Shown: piece by piece, positions 24,684-37,061 of the stretch
Position numbering within the stretch: the stretch's first letter is position 1
How the letters are laid out: each line of letters starts with the position of its first letter
Assembly: GCF_035084215.1 (NCBI RefSeq)
Contig: NC_090331.1
Coordinates: 74,400,001-74,464,000 of the forward strand
Direction of reading: 5' to 3'
From: Heptranchias perlo
Lineage: Eukaryota
DNA length: 64,000 nucleotides
The notes under the pieces: model-generated
The model's input: only the letters and a program-made list of their open reading frames with translations
Told to the model about the DNA's origin: nothing
Databases searched by the model: none
Made by a program: the position numbers and the translations under genes

Positions 24684-26005
24684 AACTCAGAGTTTGATGT
24701 ACACAGGGAAACTCAGAGCTGGGAGTTTGATGTACACAGGGAAACTCAGAGCTGGGAGTTTGATGTACACAGGGTAACTCAGAGCTGGGAGTTTGATGTA
24801 CACAGGGTAACTCAGAGCTGGGAGTTTGATGTACACAGGGTAACTCAGAGCTGGGAGTTTGATGTACACAGGGTAACTCAGAGCTGGGAGTTTGATGTAT
24901 CATAGTAGCTACAGCACAAGTGGAGGCCATTCAGCCCATCGTGCCTGTGTCGGCTCTTTGAAAGAGCTATTCAATTAATCCCATTCCCCTGCTCTGTCCC
25001 CATAGTCCTGTAATATTTTTCCCTTCAAATAGTTATCCAATGCCCTTTTGAAAGTTACTATTGAATCTGCTTCCACCACCCGTTCAGGCAGTGTATTCCA
25101 GATCATTACAACTCGCTGCGTAAAAAAATATTTCCTCATGTCGCCTCTGGTTCTTTTGCCGATCAACTTAAATCTGTGTCCTCTGGTTACCGATCCTTCT
25201 GCCACTGCAAACAATTTCTCCTTATTTACTCTGTCAAAAGCCGTCAGGATTTTGAACACCTCTAACAAATTTCCCCTTAACCTTCTTTGTTCAAAGGTGA
25301 ACAACCCCAGCTTCTCCAGTCTCTCCACATAACTGAAGACCCTCATCCCTGGTACCATTCTCGTAAATCTCTTCTGCACCCTCTCTAAGGCCTTGACATC
25401 CTTCCTGGAGCGTGGTGCCCAGAATTGAACACAATGTTCCAGCTGCGGCCTAAGAAGTGCTTTATAAAGGTTTAGTATAACTTCCTTGGCTTTTGTACTC
25501 TATGCCTCTATTAATAAAGCCCAGGATCAATTATGCTATTTCAACAGCCTTCTCAACCTGTCCAGCCACCTTCAAAGATTTGTGTGTATGCACCCCCAGG
25601 TCTCTCTGTTCCAAGGCTATTAAAAAAGCATATGGGATCTTGGGCTTTATTAATAGAGGCATAAAGTAAAAAAGCAAAGAAGTTATGCTAAACCTTTAGA
25701 AAACACTGGTTAAGCCTCAGCTGGAGTGTTGTGTTCAATTCTGAGCACCACACTTTAGGAAGGATGTCAAGGCCATAGAGAGGGTGCAGTAGAGATTTAC
25801 TAGAATGGTGCCAGCGTACACAGGGTAACTCAGAACTGGGGGTTTAAGGGACACAGGAGATCTAAATTTGTGTTTGTGTTGTACACAGGGTAACTCCGAA
25901 CAGGGATTTTGATATACACAGTTTAACAGCAGAGCTGAGAGTTTGATGTACACCACAGGGTAACTCAGAGCTGGGTGTTTGATGTACACAAGGTAACAGC
26001 AGAGC
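24684..26005 (+). repeat. 33-bp minisatellite split by a CR1 insertion (homogeneous part 24684-24899, degenerate part 25816-26005)
   Basis: Unit gggtaactcagagctgggagtttgatgtacaca, about 6.5 contiguous copies. Confidence 0.95.
24901..25815 (-). mobile_element. CR1 3' fragment (minus, 24901-25612) fused to an oppositely oriented CR1 piece (plus, 25612-25815)
   Basis: ORF 24975-25379 (QKRFTRMVPG..TRGHRFK..FFTQRVV); the plus piece repeats the KAYGILGFI..FTRMVP segment. Confidence 0.9.
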
Positions 26006-26097
26006 CGTCACTGTTGGACAAATCCTCAAAGTGAGATTTTCATTTGAAAACCTTAGTTATCCACTAATGCCAAAAAAAGCCAGAAGCTACAAAAGAG

Positions 26098-26365
26098 AAG
26101 ACTTGCATTTCCACAGTACCTTTCATGACCTCAGGACATCCCTAAGCGCTTTACAGCCAATGAAGCACTTTTTGAAGTGTAGTCACTGCTGTAAAGTAGG
26201 AAAATGAGGCAGCCAAATTGTGCTCAGCAAGATCCCACATACAGCAATGGGACGAATGACCAATTAAACTGTTTTTGTGTTGTTGGCTGAGAGATAAATA
26301 TTGGCCAGGACACTAGGAGATACCTCCTGCTCTACTTGAATAGTGTCATGGGATCTTTTACATTT
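26098..26365 (-). mobile_element. Deu-domain SINE, 3' part
   Basis: acttgcattt..cctttcatgacctcaggacatcc..gataaatattggccaggacac..atgggatcttttac. Confidence 0.85.
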
Positions 26366-27790
26366 TAAAAAATTCATTCTCGGGATATGGGCATCGCTGG
26401 CAAGGCCAGCATTTATTGACCCTCCGTAGTTGCCCTTTAGAAGGTGGTGATGAACCTTCTTCTTTAACCACTGCTGTCCATGTGGTGAAAGTACTCCCAC
26501 AATGCTGTTAGGTAAGGGAGTTCCAGGATTTGACCCAGCTATGATGAAGGAACGGCGATATATTTCCAAGTTGGGATGATGTGTGACATGGGGTAAAACC
26601 TGGAGCTGATGGTGTTCCCATGCATCTGCTGCTCTTGTCCTCGGTGGTAGAGGTCGCAGGTTTGGGAGGTGCTGTCGAAGAAGTCTCGGTGAGTTGCTGC
26701 AGTGCATCCTGTAGATAGTAATTCATGGCAGCCACGGTGCGCCGGTGGTGGAGGGAGTGAATGTTTAAGGTGGTGGATGGGGTGCCGATCAAGCGGGCTG
26801 CTTTGTCCTGGATGGTGTCAAGCTTCTTGAGTGTTGTTGCAGCTCCACTCATCCAGGCAAGTGGGGAGTATTCCATCACACTCTTGATTTGTGCCTTGTA
26901 GGTGGTGGAAGAAGAGCCAGCCTCTGACCTGCTCTAGTAGCCATGGCATTTATGTGGTGGGTCCAGTTAAGTTTCTGGTCAATGGTGACCCCCAGGATGT
27001 TGATGGTGGGGGATTTGGCGGTGGTAATGCCATTGGATGTCAAGGGGAGGTGGTTAGATTCTCTCTTGTTGGAGATGGTTATTGCCTGGCACTTGTGTGG
27101 CTCGAATGTTATTTGCCACTTATCAGCCCAAGCCTGGATGTTGTCCAGGTCTTGCTGCATTTATACCAAGCACTGCTTCATTATCTGAGGAATTGCGAAT
27201 GGAGCTGAACACAGTGCAATTATCAGTGAACGGCCCCACTTCTGACATTTTGAAGGAGGGAAGGTCATTGATGAAGCAGCTGAAGATATTTGGGCATAGG
27301 ATGCTGCCCTAATGAATTCCTGCAGCGATGTCCTGGGGCTGAGATGATTGACCTCCAACAATCACAACCACCGTCCTTTATGCTAGGTATGACTCCAGCC
27401 ACGAATTTTCTCCTTGATCCCCATTAACTTCAGTTTTACTAGAGCTCCTTGGTGCCACATTCGGTCAAATGCTGCCTTGTGGTCAAGGGCAGTCACCCTC
27501 ACCTGTGGGATTCAGTTCTTGTGTCCATATTTGTACCACGGCTATAATGAAATCTGGAGCCCAGTGGTCCTGGTGGAATTGAAACTACGTGCCACTTGGT
27601 AGCACTGCTGAAGACTCCTTCCATCACTTTGCTGATAATTGAGAGAAGACTGATAGGGCGGTAATTGTCCAGGTTGTAATTGTCCTGCTTTTTGTGGACA
27701 CCTTGCCCTTGTCATTTGTATCTTTTCCATTGATACTTCCTTCCACCCACACAGGTTCTTGATGGACTTATTGTAGAGGCTGTAGATGTC
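26366..27790 (-). mobile_element. Decayed Crack/Daphne-like LINE (same family as 6290-7642)
   Basis: ORFs 26876-27160 (QQDLDNIQAWADKWQITF.PHKCQ..INILGVTIDQKLNW) and 26508-26879 (MEYSPLAWM..LKKLDTIQDKAARLI). Confidence 0.85.
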
Positions 27791-28071
27791 CATAATATTG
27801 CATGCCTGCTGCCCACTTGTTGTTGCTGTTGTGAGGCCGGAGCCATTTTATGCCCAGGCCTCAAGTGCATAGATCCAAAGAGCTGGATATGCCAACCGGT
27901 GGTCCGCCACAGCTTCCTGATTGGGTGGGGTGGGAAATCTGGCAGCTCCCTCACGGAACCGCCTGACAGCCTGGACCGGGTAGGGATGGGGTGGCACACA
28001 GGCTGGGTATTTTTGTGAGGGCCAGGAGGAGCAATCCTGCTCTATCTGGCCCCACAAAAAAATTAGTTTTC

Positions 28072-28515
28072 ATAGAATCATAGAACGGTTACAGCACAGA
28101 AGGAGACCATTCGGACCATCGAGCCCGTGCCTGCTCTTTGTAACAGCAATCCAGTTAGTCCCATTCCCTTGCTTGTTCCCTATTGCCTTGCAAATTTTTT
28201 CCCATCAAGTATTTATCCAATTCCTTTTTGAAAGCCATGATTGAATCTGCATCCACCACTCTTTCAGGCTGCACATTCCACATCATAACCACTTGCTGCG
28301 TAAAAAAAAAATTCCTCATGTCGCCTTTGGTTCTTTTGCCAATCACCTTAAATCTGTCCCTTCTGATTCTTGACCCTTCCACCAATGGGAATAGTTTCAC
28401 TTTATTTACTTTATCTAAACCCTTCATGATTTTGAACGCTTCGATCACATCTCCTCTCAACCTTCTCTGCTCTAAGAACAATCCCATCTTCTCCAGTCTA
28501 TCCAGGTAACTGAAG
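28072..28515 (-). mobile_element. CR1 3' fragment, inserted in a GC-rich MITE-like element (about 27815-28848)
   Basis: ORF 28155-28487; tail catagaatcatagaa; the flank ends gttaaaaatcagcccc, like other Harbinger-type termini in the window. Confidence 0.85.
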
Positions 28516-30049
28516 TTTGGGGCAGTTTGAGGGGCCTCTAGCGATCTCTTTAAGGACCGCTTGTTAGGCCGCTTAACGCAGGTACAAATAGGCAGTGTGT
28601 GTCGTGCAAGTTATGCCCATTTGTACTTCAAAATTGCAGTTGAGGTCCTAGGTATTTTAGAGGGCCCTGATTTGCACGTTAAAAGTGACCTCCTGGCTGG
28701 AACAGGCAGGCATTCTGGCCATCTATCTAAAAGCCCTTACTAAGTTTGTGGTGGCTAGAGCACCAGTGTAAAGTGATAAGTTACCTGATGCCACTTTCAG
28801 GCCTCTGCTGCCCCGTTTATACCAGACAGCCAGTTAAAAATCAGCCCCCAACAGTTTGGAAAAAAAAGTGGCATATTTTTTGAAGTGTGCTTTAATGGTA
28901 CAAAAATTCCAGCTTCAAGCTGCTTCTCATGGAAATCTTTAATTTTGTTGTATAATGAAGTAACCAATAAATAATCCATAATGTTGCCTTACATTCAAGT
29001 CTTGGAAATTTCTTTTTAAAAATGTAGGAACTTTTTAAACAAATGTATCAATGCTCAATTTAAAATACTCAACATTTCAAAGCTCACAAGCCTGATCTCA
29101 GACTACATATAACTCATTATAATAATTCCTTTCAAAGCATATCAACTGAAATCATACTCATGCAGTGGTACATACAATACAAATGTTCATCAAACTGAAA
29201 TTATCCTCCCCCCCCCACACACAAAAATCAAAAAGGGAGATATAATTTTGCAGATTGCAGATGTGAGGTTATTGGGATAATTTTGCATAAAATGGTTAAT
29301 TCATCCCACGCTATTTGAATAATATTTTCAAATTGGGTTCCAATTATTCATATAATGCACTGTTACAATTCAGACTCTCTTCGTACTTCTTTTAAACTCA
29401 TTTAAAAACTGGCAGGAAAATCAATCTAATAGGACAAAGCTTTGCTAATGATAAAAGGCCACTTAATTTCCTGCTTTTCCTGCTGGGAATTCAATCAGCA
29501 TTGATGACGCACCTAGAAAACAGGCGACCATATTTGCTAGGTTTCATCCTGAAAGTAGTAAGAATTTTTTTGCCCAAGTTGCATTCTTAATGTGCAGAAT
29601 TAGTATTAGGATCTCTGAGCCTAGGGATAAAATTGGTGCAATAGAACAAAGCACCTTGGTTCCTTCTACCCACAGCTGTTCCCAATTCCACAACCACTTC
29701 TCCTGAAGGAAATGACTCTTGCCATTATGGTCAATTGGTGCCAGCAGCCCTCTGGTACCTCAAATGACCTTTCAACCAGAGGAGCCTCAACAGCAAGTTT
29801 TGCTGAAATCCTGCACTCAACACTTTCCAACAGATGTCACCAGAAAGTGATCAGAGTTGAAAGCTGAGCTGATTTCCCTCACAGCCCTCATCTGGGCTGC
29901 TTAATTGGTATCAAACACCAAGTTCTGCCAGAGGCTTGATCAGCTCAGATCAGACGCAAGGCCTTCTGTATTTGTACAGTTTACTGCCTCAGTATGTGAG
30001 CATTCAGGGCAGCCGTGCTGTCACTGTCCTACATCCCACACCAAATAAA

Positions 30050-30590
30050 AATTGCATTTATATAAAGTCTTTCATGACCTCAGAATATCCCAAAGCGCTT
30101 TACAGCCAATTGAGTACTTTTGAAATGTAGTCACTGTTGTAATGTAGGAAATGCGGCCGCCAAAGCTCCCACAAACAGAAATGAAATAAATGATCAGTTT
30201 ATCTGTTTTAGGTGTTGGGTGAGGGATAAATGTTGGCCAGGACCCCAGGGAGAACTGCCCCGCTCTCCTTTGAATAATGCAGTGGGATTTCTTACATCTG
30301 CCTGAGAGGGCAGACAGGGCCTCGGTTTAATGTCCCATTGGAAAGAGGTCACCTCCGACAGTGCAGCACTCCCTCAGTACTGCACAGAAATGCCAGACTA
30401 GATTTCATGCTCAAGTCTCTGAATTGTAAATGTTGTTTGTGTTTTCATTAGGATCCATGTCTTATGCCACAAGGTCATAATTCCTACATTACAACAATGA
30501 TTACACTTCAAAAGTACTTCACTAGCTGTAAAGCACTTTGGGACATCTTGAGGTCATGAAAGGCACTATAAAAGGGCAAGTTCTTTCCTT
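30050..30590 (-). mobile_element. Deu-domain SINE (minus, 30050-30420) plus an oppositely oriented SINE 3' part (30480-30590)
   Basis: Direct similarity to 22930-23355. Confidence 0.82.
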
Positions 30591-31449
30591 CTTTCATTTG
30601 ATCCCAATCCACATCACGATAGTCATATATGTGGAAAGGCCATCAACAATTTGAAACCTGACTAATTTCCCCTTCCATGACTAGTGCTGAGACCAATAGT
30701 ATCCCAACTACAGCCTAACTGGAACTCAGCACAAACCACATAAGGAGCCTAGGACCTTCCAGATCTGTAGATATCAGGTCCTTGCTGCAGAAACATGTTG
30801 AGCCTTTGAAGCAGCTTATGAATATATTTTTTGTTTGGAACCCATTCAAAGAAAAGTGTGTCAATCAAGCCCCAACAATGGGGATGTATTTTGCAGCAAG
30901 TCTATCAAAGCAACTTAGGAGACTAATGGCTTGGGTTATTAGTTCAACTACAATTCTTCCTGCATGCTTGTTCTCTAATAAGACTAACCGCCCAGTCTCC
31001 ATTTCCATTCTGTTTCCCAATTATTTCTTCATGGAGGGTGGAATTGGAAAGAAGCTGCCCCATTATTATTTGAAAGATCACAGCTGGAACATAATAACTT
31101 GTAGCAAAAGAATCCAATTTAAGTGGAAAGAGAAGCCAAGCAACATGGAAAGCAATGACAGAATCACAAAACATTGTTCCTTTTAAGCCGCCAAAGCTCA
31201 TGTGACCAGTAAATCTGTTTTTTTGTAGCACTGGTCAAGTTATAAATGTCGACCAACACCAGGAAATTCCCCAACTCCTCTTCTAATAGTTCAACACCTC
31301 ATCCAAAAGACAGCACCACCAACAATACAGCAGTACACTGAGGGGTCAGCCTAGACTAAGGGCCGCAATCCTGGGTTAGGGCTCAAACCCACAACCTTCT
31401 GACTAAGGACAGAACTGAACAAATTAGGCAAGGCTGAAGCCAACTCACT

Positions 31450-32935
31450 TTGAATATCTCACCTTGTACCACCCTGCATGAGCCTCCTCCTACTCTGATT
31501 ACCTCTTCCCACCATATCCCTCTAGTCCGTTCTCCATCATGCCTCCTTTCAAATGTGTCAATGCTCTCTGCTTCATTCAATATGTGGCAGTGAGTTCCAC
31601 ATTCTGAGCACCGAGAAGAAATTCTTCCTAAATTCTTTGTTTGATCTGTTAGTGGCTATCTTTTGTTTATGCCCCATGATCTGGACTCACCCACAAGTGG
31701 AAACAGTTTCTCCATGTCCACCCTATTGAACCTTCATAATTTTAAAGACCTCCATCAGGTCTTCTGTCAGTCTTCTCTTTTCCAGGGACAAGAGCCCCAG
31801 CCTGCTCAACCTTTTCTGATAATTGTATCCTTTCAATTCTGGAAACATTCTTGTAAATCTTTTCTGTACTTTCTTCAGTGCTTCAATATCCTTTTTGTAG
31901 TTTGGAAACCAAAACTGCAGTACTCCAAGTGTGGCCTAACCAAGGTTCTTAAATTTAACATTACCTGCCTGCTTTTGTATTCTATTTCTCCAGAAATGAA
32001 CCCTGGCAGTTTGCTTGCACTCTCTGTGGCCTTATCAACTTGTGTTTATACAGATTTCTGTCTCTATATTCCCAGAACTCTTTGCTCATCTACCCCATTT
32101 AGTTTTTTGCCTTCCAAGCAATAGTTGACCTCCTTATTCTTCCTACCAAAATGAACCACCTCACATTTTGCGATATTGAATTTAATGTTCTATTTATCTG
32201 CCCACTCTGCAAGCCTGTTTATGTCTTTTTGTATTTTAGTGCAGTCTTATACATTAGCTATACCTCCCCAATTTGGCATCATCTGCAAATTTCAACACCA
32301 TACCTTAAATTTCTGAGTCCTAATCATTTACTTACATGGTGAAGAACAGTGGTTCCAGCTCAGATCTCTGCAGGACACCACTTCCCACCGTTTACCAGTC
32401 TCAGAAAGTTCCCTTAACTCCTAACCTGTGTTCTATTTTGTTACCATCTTTCAATCCATCCTGCTACCTGGCCCCTGACCTTTGTCTCCCTTGTTAGTCT
32501 TATATATTAGGCAGAAAGGAGTCTTGTACACACTGTAAAAACTCCACCCGTTGTCAGTTTGTTTGGAGGTTGTTGAGATCCCTCATCATTATGATTGTGT
32601 TTTTTTACTCATTTCATAGATTTGCTTACATATTTCTCCCTCCACTTCCCTTCCACAATTTGCTGGTCTGTAGTACCCCTGATAGGATGATCAATCCTTT
32701 ATCTCAATCCACCTGGATGCTGCTCCTATCTCTGTTAGTTACATCCTTTCTTGCTACTGCCATTATGTTATTTATCATTAATACAAGTACCCCACCAACC
32801 TTTTGCCCTTTCCTAAATAAATTATAGCCTGTAATATTTAACTCCCAATGCTGCATTATCCCTGTTACATCAATTTCCTCACTTCTAATTACTGCCTGCA
32901 ATTTCCCCATTATGTTGCTGATGTTCTGTACATTG
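31450..32935 (-). mobile_element. Old, internally deleted CR1 LINE
   Basis: Remnants catcatctgcaaatt (FADD), cagtactccaagtgtggcctaaccaagg (LVRPHLEYC) and endonuclease ORF 32704-32910 (WELNITGYNLFRK..GGV). Confidence 0.8.
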
Positions 32936-35718
32936 GGCAGGGCGAGGGCTTTTGTCGATATCTAAAGTAGGATGAGCCAGATGTGTCAATTGAATTCCCT
33001 CACCTTTATTTCAACTGTATTTATATAATTACTCAGATTTGCACTGAGATTGTGTTGCTTCAAATTTCAATGCAATGAAGTTTCTAATTTAACTTAATTT
33101 GTCTTTAACAAGGATGACTCATTTCATCTAGATATTGCTATCAGCTGCTGCTATGGGCTATACTCACAGGTGTCCTCAAGTGGGCGATGATGGTACAGCA
33201 GCTTGATTCACTTAAATCTGAGTTTTACCTGTACTGAAGTGACGCCAGGGACAATCAATTTTTCAAACTAACTAACATTGCATGTCCTAACCAAATCCCC
33301 AGGGAAATCCAACATTAAATGGGGACCTTTGTTTCAGGGAAAATGTCATCCTGACTGGTACGGGGAATAGAAGGTCACACACAGGCACTACCAAGATATT
33401 GATCTGAAGTCAGCATTAAGAGAGAGAACTCCATTTATCCCATCATCTCCCTCCCCTCAGGGTGATGTGCGTTCCTGTGGTCCCAAGTCCATCCTCAATG
33501 TCTCCTTCACCTCGAGAAAGGGTATATTTAAGCTACAACCAACGCCCCTCCCTCCAGCAGGCAGGCTGTCACAGACTTTAGCCATAACTCTTTGACGCCT
33601 CGTGTTGTGGGTTTCAGTGAGGTGTTGTGACACAGATGGCAAAGAAGGACCACACTGTCAGATTTATAAGTACAATGTCAATATTTTCCCGCTATAAAAT
33701 CACCAAAGAAAAAGAATTGTTGCTCAGCTTGTCAAACACTAACATCCTTCATGAACAGTCTCAGCATCAGGAACTCCCAGCACAGGAATAAAACTGGTAC
33801 AATAGATGACAGCACCATGGTTACTTCCACATTCATTCCTCCCACCAGCCCCTCATCCCTCGATGGCACTGACTTCTGCAATTGGAGTGTTTCATTGGTG
33901 TCCTCCAGCACCTATCCTCAAAGATGAGCCTGAACCGCAGGTTTTGGCAAGATACAGTCCTCCTAACACATTCCAGCAGATGTCGCCATGAAGTCAGAAC
34001 TAGAAGCATAGCTGATTCCCTCTCCCCCATCCCTCTCACTTCCCGAAATGGGGGCTGATGTGAAATGCTCCCAACACTGGAACTGCTGCCACAAGAGTCA
34101 TCAGCTGACAGGTCTCAGATCAGATCCAGAATCTTCTTGATCCTTTTTGCTCTGTGCTGCACTACATGTTGCATTCAGAGCACTTGCACTGTCACAGTGC
34201 CACTTCATACACCATCCCCTGGTGTCCTTGAGAATGGACATCCCATGCCAATTTAGTACAAACAGAATCAACCCACAAAGTGGCTAGTTCAAAACTAGCC
34301 CAAACTCATCCCTTCTTGGAACATTAAAGAACAGACAGACCAGATGTGACTGAGTTAGATCTAATCCCATTTTGCAGTATTTCAACACTACTCCATCCAC
34401 AAATTGTGCCAACTTTAATTAATACATTTACCATTTATTTTTTATATATTCTTCTCCAAGGCATTTACTTCTTGCTCCATTCCCCTCCATTAAGTCACCC
34501 TTACTGTCAACCTGCACACTGTTGGCAGCCTATCCAAGCACAGGGGCATCATAGCTAATCCTGAATCAATTTCAAGACAATGTCCATTTCTAAGGTCCAA
34601 TAAAAGCCATAAGCAATGTCAAACCAGACTCATTTGTACTTTCATTACCTCCATGCTGAGGCCAATTACAGTGTCCCAGCAACTGCCAAGCTGGAATTTA
34701 GCTAACTCAGAATAGACCACCTTCCTGGTTTGTACATCAGGTCCTCTGTGGTGTGACCTGAGGAGCCTTTGGGTTAGTTTATGCCTTTATTTTGTCTGTT
34801 TACAGTACCATTACAATGGGGCATTGAAGAGTGTTGCAGAGCAAGAGTTCAAACATGGGGTACTTATTTCATAGCAACTGGATCAAAGCAAATTGGGAAA
34901 CAAATGGCTTGGGCCACTTGTATTACAATCCTCCTGCATGCAAATCCATCTTCCCAGAGCAGCTACATCGTGCCCATTCCCATCCTGTTTCCCAGTTGCT
35001 CCTCCTTGGAGGGTGGAATCTGAACAAGCCGCTTTAACAGATAAGGAAACTGTTCCATCAAAATCAATTATTTCAAAAGGGATTTCAGCTCGAACCTCAC
35101 TTGGATTGTTTCATTCCCGTTGCCGAGTGGAAAGACAAACCAGGCAATGTGGAGAGGATTACAGGGAATCACAAAGCATGGGGGCTCGTTTTAAACAGTC
35201 AATATTCAGGCACAGTTTGAATCACCATATTCTAATTACCATGACTGCATGGATTCCCCAGGTGAGACTGGGTAGAAGTCATGTTAGTGTGAAACCCATT
35301 CCATTTTAAAAAACAGTTATCATGAATTTCTCCTTATTTCCTGAAACAAAGCCAATCTAGAAGGTAATAAAAGCAAAATACTGCATATGGTGGAAGTCTT
35401 AAATAAAGAAGCAGAAAATGCTAGAAGCACACAGTCAGCATAGATAAGAGAACAGACCAGTTAATCTTTTGGTTACAGACTGTTCAAAACCTGAAGAGGT
35501 AGATCAGCATATTAAAACAATCAAAAAAGGGGATGGGGAGAAAGTGTATAGACATAAGAGCCAAAGCCAGAGAGGAATAATGAGTGGAATGGTCCAAAAG
35601 ATCATGAAGTACATGTAATGTACAGAAGCATTAATGAAATAAAGAGAAGTTAAGGAATTGGGAGCCCTGGGAAAATGAGAAAGTGGGAGAGACGAAAGGC
35701 AGAGATAGAAAACATGGA

Positions 35719-37061
35719 GGTGGTTAAATTGGTTAACCCCCGAATCCGGGCACGGGCATCGTGGTGCGTGATTAGCCCATGCCCTGTCGTTCCGATGCAG
35801 GTAGCACGTGAGATTCGTGCTGCCTCCTCATTTACTTGATTGTAGCGCAGTAGCCAGGCCTGTCTGCGATGTTCTCACCAGCTTCACACTTCTCACCAGC
35901 AGGGGGCCCAAATCTCACGTGAGTTGCTTGCACCTCTTAAAGGCAGCCTGAACCTCTTAAGTGCAAAATATAAGATATGGGTCTGCATGGAGTGTGAATG
36001 GAGATCAGACATCACACATGCAAAACACAGATGCAGTGCCCGTCCCAATGTTTACAAGTTGATGAGTTATGTTAAAACATTGAATAAAGGTTGCACCTAC
36101 TAAATCCCACAATCCTCCAATCTGCACGCCAGACCTCACCAATCTGCCGATTTGAGTTTGTACCAGGCCTGCGAGAGTGCATGCACCAAGATTCTCTGAT
36201 GATGCACTAGAGGCCTCGGTGCAAGAGGTGGACAGAAGGAGAAGCATCCTATATCTGCAGTGGGGGCAAGAGGCCCTTCAGACATATGCTCAAGAGGCAG
36301 TGGGATGCAGTAGGGGACGAAGTCAATGCCGGGCATGTAGCACCATGAACATGGATGCAGTGCAGGAAGAAGTTCAATGATTTGACACGAGTGGTCAAGG
36401 TGAGAGAGGTCAACTGTCAAGTGGCATCTCCTAGCGACTGCACCACTAGCCGCATCCACTGCTTCATGCACTACACCCCTATCACCCACCTACCAACAAA
36501 CTCTTTCAATCAATACTCAACTCTTCCAATCAGATGCGTCCTCTCACCCTCACACATTACCACTGTTGCAAGCTACAAACCCACAACTCACAGGTCACAC
36601 ACAATGGCAGCTATTGAACCATGACAGGCACATCACCCAAACATCCTGCAGGACATTCACCGACACACGTTCCGCTTTCTTGCAGGAGAAGGTGGGGCAT
36701 GACAGGAGGCAGCAAGTGGCAGTGGCATTTAGCCCCTCGAGCCTGTTCCACCATTCAATGAGATGATGGTTGATCTGTGACCTAACTCCATGTCCCTTAG
36801 TCCTAGTATGTGTTGGCTGGAGCATTGAGTGCCAAAGTGGTCTATCCCTTTAAATCAGCGTTGCACACTGATCTAACGCATATTCTCCTTACCTTACATG
36901 CTGCCAGCGTTCGTTATCGGCGCCTGCGCAAACCCCTTTACCAAGATGATGTCGGGCGCATGTCACCCTAGAAGCATGCGCGTGCATTCCGGACATATTG
37001 GGACCTCAAGAGGCCGTACAGCAGCTGAAAAATGGGCACTACACAGCCGAATTTCTAGCCC
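35719..37061 (+). mobile_element. Non-autonomous PIF/Harbinger element with Myb/SANT-like gene remnant
   Basis: 36177-36399 encodes APRFSDDALE..V.EV.RRR.IL and W.QCRKKFNDLTRVVK|gtgag; acceptor ttcttgcag|GAGAAG near 36686; termini gtggttaaattgg / aatttctagccc. Confidence 0.75.

Noticed and set aside
24684-24899. 33-bp repeat as a CRISPR array, or ORF 24561-24905 as a repeat protein
   Set aside because: Units are contiguous with no unique spacers, there are no cas genes and the context is eukaryotic; open frames on both strands follow from a unit length divisible by 3.
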